Virus record (IMG/VR): IMGVR_UViG_3300049731_000043
Coordinates: 1 to 28,918 of that record
Reading direction: 5' to 3' (one strand)
DNA length: 28,918 nucleotides
DNA from: a virus
Taxonomy: Duplodnaviria > Caudoviricetes
The translations under genes and the position numbers were made by a program. Every line of letters starts with the position of its first letter. Positions within the stretch are counted from its first letter, which is position 1. Below, piece by piece: positions 25,264 to 28,918 of this stretch. The notes below the pieces were generated by a model that saw nothing but the letters and a program-made list of their open reading frames with translations, was not told where the DNA came from and searched no databases.

Positions 25264-26069
25264 CACGTCACCTCCGCTGTTGGCTCGGCTTGCAAGAGCG
25301 CGAGCGCATGTTGCGTGACCTCGCTGACATGGATCGCGTTCAATTGTTGCGCGCAATGCGGGCACGCATAGAGGCTCCCGCATGCCGTGGTCGGCCCGCC
25401 CGTCAAATTGCGGTGCATGTCATAGCCGGTGAGCGAAGGCGGAATGAAGCCGCCGAAGATCACCACGCCCGGCACGCCGAGCGCCGCTGCCGCGTGATGC
25501 ATCCCGCCCTCGTGTCCAATGAACAGCGTCGCCCGCGCGAGGATGGAGGCCGCGTGCCGAAAGCTGGTCGACTCCTGATACTCGACACCGCGCAAGACAT
25601 GCCGCTGCTTATCAAAGCGCAATTGCACAACGCGATAGCCGAGGCGCCGCAACTCATCCGCGGTCGCTTGCCAGCGCTCGACCGGCCACTGCTTATTGAC
25701 CGCGACCGACTTCCAGTGCGGCACATTCGGCTCGATCAGCACGAAGCCGTGCGGCACTTGCTCGGCGCGCCTGATCTCGCCTTGGGAAAAAAAGAACTCG
25801 CCCGGCTTCGCCTTCCACGCCGGATTGAATAGCCAGTGCGTGGGCGTTTGCCCGATATGATAGCCGCGCCCGCCTTTGTAGTGCGGCACCCACTCGATAT
25901 CAGGCGCACCCTCGGAGCCCGGCCGCGCCACATTCGGGTTGCCCCTGAATATCTCTTCGCACCATGGCCCCCAAATAATCCGGCGACCATCACCGAAGGC
26001 GGCGCGCTTGCCTCTTGCGTGCATGCCCTTTGCGAGCCCGGTCGCCATGATCTCGTCGCCGTATCCCAT
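25263..26069 (-). CDS. GT9-family (heptosyltransferase-like) glycosyltransferase
   Basis: MGYGDEIMAT, KQWPVERW, LFIGHEGGMHHAAAALGVPGVVIFG, C-terminal Cys cluster. Confidence 0.88.
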   Translation of the reverse strand: MGYGDEIMATGLAKGMHARGKRAAFGDGRRIIWGPWCEEIFRGNPNVARPGSEGAPDIEWVPHYKGGRGYHIGQTPTHWLFNPAWKAKPGEFFFSQGEIRRAEQVPHGFVLIEPNVPHWKSVAVNKQWPVERWQATADELRRLGYRVVQLRFDKQRHVLRGVEYQESTSFRHAASILARATLFIGHEGGMHHAAAALGVPGVVIFGGFIPPSLTGYDMHRNLTGGPTTACGSLYACPHCAQQLNAIHVSEVTQHALALLQAEPTAEVT

Positions 26070-26256
26070 GGACCTTCACCTTGAGCCGGTCGATGTCAGC
26101 ACAGATCGCCTCATACTCGGCGGCCATGGCGGCGCGCTCCTCCGGCGAGAGCGCATCCCACATGGGCATCACAAGCTTTGCCGGGCGGCCGAGGAGCAAG
26201 CGCAAATGGCGCACGCGCTCAAGGCCGAGGTAGGCGGCTTCTTCCGGCGAGAGCAT
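25990..26256 (-). CDS. small hypothetical protein
   Basis: Fills the gap between two GT genes; internal LSPEE repeat; 80-nt overlap with the GT9 gene. Confidence 0.45.
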   Translation of the reverse strand: MLSPEEAAYLGLERVRHLRLLLGRPAKLVMPMWDALSPEERAAMAAEYEAICADIDRLKVKVHGIRRRDHGDRARKGHARKRQARRLR

Positions 26257-26258
26257 GG

Positions 26259-27056
26259 CTAGCGCCCATAGATGCCGAACATCGGATCGACGCGGAACGT
26301 CTCCGGCCCGCGCCCGACTGCGATGGCGTTCGCCAGCATGGTGTCGAATAGCTCGGTGATATCCTTGCGCGGATGCGGCCGGTCTGGCCCCGGCCACCAA
26401 TGCTCGCGGCCCTCGCGCTTCAAGCGCTCGCGGGCATACTTGTGGTTCGGTTGGGTCGGGATATCGGTGTAGTGCACATTCTTGACGTGCGCCTCAAAGA
26501 TGCTTTGACAGCCTTCGCCGTCGCGGCAATTCCAGTCGTTCTCGAAGTTCGCCATGACCGGCAGCACGTTGCGCCTGATCTGGCGGAAGGCTTGCGAGTC
26601 AGTGCGTAGATGGTTGATCGGCGGGAGCGCCAGTTGCATGCGCGCATTGTCGAAGAGCATGCAGCATGACACCACATCGCGCGGCGCGCCCTTGCCGAGA
26701 AAGGCCCGGCCGTCCGGGATGTCCTGATCGGCGAGCTCGGCGATATCGGCAAGCGGGATCTGATCGCAGTCCATATAGATCGCGCGGCCTTTGAAGTTGC
26801 AAAACTCCGGGATGCCCCAGCGCAAGGCGGAGAATGGCGTCGCCCACGTCTTCATATTCCACCCGGCATTCTTGTAGGGATAGCCGGAGTACCAAAACGA
26901 AGCCGGGTCGCGGCTCACCATCATGTAGGTGATATCGAGCGGGCGCGTCGCATGCTGGCGAAGCGCGAAGTCGATCACGGCTTGACACTCCAAATCCTCA
27001 TTGTTCGCAGGTGTGCCGACAAAGATGCGAATAGTGTTGTCGTCGTTGGTTGTCAT
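26259..27056 (-). CDS. GT-A fold (GT8-like) glycosyltransferase
   Basis: ATG 27056 in ATGA overlap; IRIFVG, TPFSALRW, GRAIYMDCD, WN, HYT. Confidence 0.85.
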   Translation of the reverse strand: MTTNDDNTIRIFVGTPANNEDLECQAVIDFALRQHATRPLDITYMMVSRDPASFWYSGYPYKNAGWNMKTWATPFSALRWGIPEFCNFKGRAIYMDCDQIPLADIAELADQDIPDGRAFLGKGAPRDVVSCCMLFDNARMQLALPPINHLRTDSQAFRQIRRNVLPVMANFENDWNCRDGEGCQSIFEAHVKNVHYTDIPTQPNHKYARERLKREGREHWWPGPDRPHPRKDITELFDTMLANAIAVGRGPETFRVDPMFGIYGR

Positions 27057-27706
27057 GCCAACCCCCATCGTTCGAGCGCCTCGGGCACGCTGATTTTCGG
27101 ATATGCGGTGACGGTGCTTATCGGGGAGCAATTGACCACATCGACACCCATGCGCGCAAGCTTCGGCGCGACGCCATTGAGCGCGCCGCGCCAGCGCATG
27201 AAATTTGATTCGTCCGGGTTGGTGCAAGGCGGGAGGTGCCGCCCGTGCCAATGCTGGCCGCCGAAGTCGAAGCCGATGAGGAGCACGCCGCTACAGCCCA
27301 TTTGCACCGCAAGGTTCACCATCTGAAAGCCGCCGTTGCCGCCAGAGCCGACCTTGCCGAACTTCTCGGTGAGGATGTCGTCGCTTTTCGGCACGACCTC
27401 GATGCCGACGATCTCGGGCCAATAGGTCGTTGCCAGCACGTCTTGCGATATCCTCACGCCGCCGAAATCCGTCGCACCGCGATAGAGCAGCCACCAATTG
27501 TAGTCGCACGCATAGAGCATGTCGGCCCATGGGCAAAGGTGGACCGCATTGTTGATGGCGATCACATGGATGCGATCTCGCAACAGGGAGAGGTCAACTC
27601 CCTTCGCCGAGGCGCCGCTCCCCACCACCGCCACGCACTCTCCCGGCCAGCGCGGGAGATCATCTCTGCTTCGCCCGGTTTGTAACTCTAGTGCTTTGTC
27701 GAGCAT
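27053..27706 (-). CDS. DUF115/MptE-like (sialyltransferase-like fold) putative glycosyltransferase
   Basis: VAVVGSGAS, IAINNA, ADMLYACD..WW, GGNGGFQMVNLAVQMG..LLIGFD, VVNCS; start 27706 or 27748. Confidence 0.78.
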   Translation of the reverse strand: MLDKALELQTGRSRDDLPRWPGECVAVVGSGASAKGVDLSLLRDRIHVIAINNAVHLCPWADMLYACDYNWWLLYRGATDFGGVRISQDVLATTYWPEIVGIEVVPKSDDILTEKFGKVGSGGNGGFQMVNLAVQMGCSGVLLIGFDFGGQHWHGRHLPPCTNPDESNFMRWRGALNGVAPKLARMGVDVVNCSPISTVTAYPKISVPEALERWGLA

Positions 27707-28918
27707 CGTTGCGACTTGGCCTCGTTCGATTCGTGTCAGCAAAAACATTACCGCGCGGCGCAATTGGGCGCGCGGCGGCGAGCCCGCCCACAGTGGCGTC
27801 GGCCGCCATGGCTCCGGTGCCGCCGAAGCGCACCAGCACCACGCCCCGCATATTGACGTAGCTGGACAGCACGCCCTCGCCCGCGAGGAGCACGCTCGCC
27901 GCATGGCGCTGGCGCACCAGCACCGACATGCCGCCGACGCCCGCCATGCGAATGTCGGCAACCTTGGTGGCGCGCGCCGATAGGTTTCCCACGCCGGAGA
28001 AGGAGACCGCGGCGGTCTTGTACTTCGCGGTATCGACCGACATGCCGCCCACGGCGTCGAGCAACTCGGCGGCGGCGCGCTGGTTGACAGTCGCCAACGC
28101 GGAGAGCCCGCCGACCGCATCGAGCAACTCGGCGGCGGCCCGCATGACCTGCGCGGTGGCGACCGACATGGCGCCCGCGCCAGCAAATGTCGCTTGGCTC
28201 CCGAATAGCGAGAGCGCGGAGAAGGAGCCCACGCCATTGAAGCGAGCGGAGGCGACGGCATTGACCCGAGCGGCGGCCGAGAGCGCGCCTGCTCCCGCAA
28301 AGGTCGCCGCGATCGTTTGCACTTGGCCCTGCTGGACGACCGCAAGAGCGGAGAGCGAACCGACACCGTCGAAGTCCGCCACCGCCGCGAGGTTGGCGCG
28401 CGCCGAGGCCGAGAGCGAGCCGACGCCCGCAAATGTCGCTTGGCTCCCGGCCGCTTGGAGCAAGGCCGAGAGCGAGCCGACGCCGCCGAAGCGAACCTGT
28501 GCCGCATGCGCTTGCTGCGTTGCAGCGGACAGCCCGCCCACGGCGTCGAGGAGTTCGGCCGCCGCCGGGCGCGCCAGCGCGGCCAGCGCCGAGAGCGAGC
28601 CCGAGCCCGCGAAGCGCGCCGAGGCCGGGGAGAATACGAGCGCCTCGACGGCCATGCCGCCGAGCGCATCGAGTAGCTCCGCCCGGCCTTGCTGGTTGAG
28701 CCGGGCACTCGCGGCCAGCCCGCCTCGCGCGTCGAGCAATTCGGCCGCCGCTTGCTGCGCCGAGGTGGTCGTCGCGAACAAGGAGCCCACGCCGGTGAAG
28801 CGCGCGGCGCCGATAGCGATGCCCGCTTGCACCGCCTCGACTGAGAGATCGCCGACGCCATTGAAGCGGGCCGAGGCTTGCTGGACGCTGGTGGTGGTGG
28901 CGAAGAGTGAGCCCGCGC
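27660..28918 (-). CDS. Ala/Gly/Ser-rich repeat protein, probably virion structural (5'-truncated)
   Basis: Frame open to the window edge; about 20-23-aa repeats A.F.G.GSLSA and AAELLDA.GG(L/M)S. Confidence 0.8.
   Translation of the reverse strand, partial: AGSLFATTTSVQQASARFNGVGDLSVEAVQAGIAIGAARFTGVGSLFATTTSAQQAAAELLDARGGLAASARLNQQGRAELLDALGGMAVEALVFSPASARFAGSGSLSALAALARPAAAELLDAVGGLSAATQQAHAAQVRFGGVGSLSALLQAAGSQATFAGVGSLSASARANLAAVADFDGVGSLSALAVVQQGQVQTIAATFAGAGALSAAARVNAVASARFNGVGSFSALSLFGSQATFAGAGAMSVATAQVMRAAAELLDAVGGLSALATVNQRAAAELLDAVGGMSVDTAKYKTAAVSFSGVGNLSARATKVADIRMAGVGGMSVLVRQRHAASVLLAGEGVLSSYVNMRGVVLVRFGGTGAMAADATVGGLAAARPIAPRGNVFADTNRTRPSRNDARQSTRVTNRAKQR

Noticed and set aside
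27053-28861. 602-aa ORF as a single protein
   Set aside because: The N-terminal 380 or so residues are an off-frame reading of the Ala/Gly repeat gene; the plausible protein starts at 27706 or 27748.
1-28918. tRNA, rRNA, integrase, transposase, terminase or capsid genes
   Set aside because: None recognisable in this window, so prophage versus free phage status cannot be determined.

Overview
GC-rich segment of a tailed (siphovirus-like) phage or prophage, probably of an alphaproteobacterial host (inference). Two arms converge at a terminator near 9874-9915. The + strand arm (1-9866) holds early/accessory genes, including a RecE-like exonuclease and a RecT-like annealase. The - strand arm (9965-28918) holds late genes: an Ala/Gly repeat protein, a glycosyltransferase/methyltransferase cluster, neck genes, tail tube, frameshifted tail chaperones, tape measure, two LamG-bearing tail proteins, a four-domain endolysin and holin-like proteins. 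The standout feature is at 1101-4695. A stand-alone Cas7/RAMP-like gene and a partner gene are followed by two non-CRISPR arrays of about 32 units. Each unit is a CCAAC delimiter followed by 7-16 variable dinucleotides (NN) separated by a near-constant GCC/GTC triplet. The concatenated dinucleotides read like the first two positions of consecutive codons, which suggests an RNA-guided system using a gapped, wobble-skipping code against genes of other mobile elements. This resembles my recollection of the recently reported VIPR systems, which I cannot verify here. All counts are by hand and no database searches were run.
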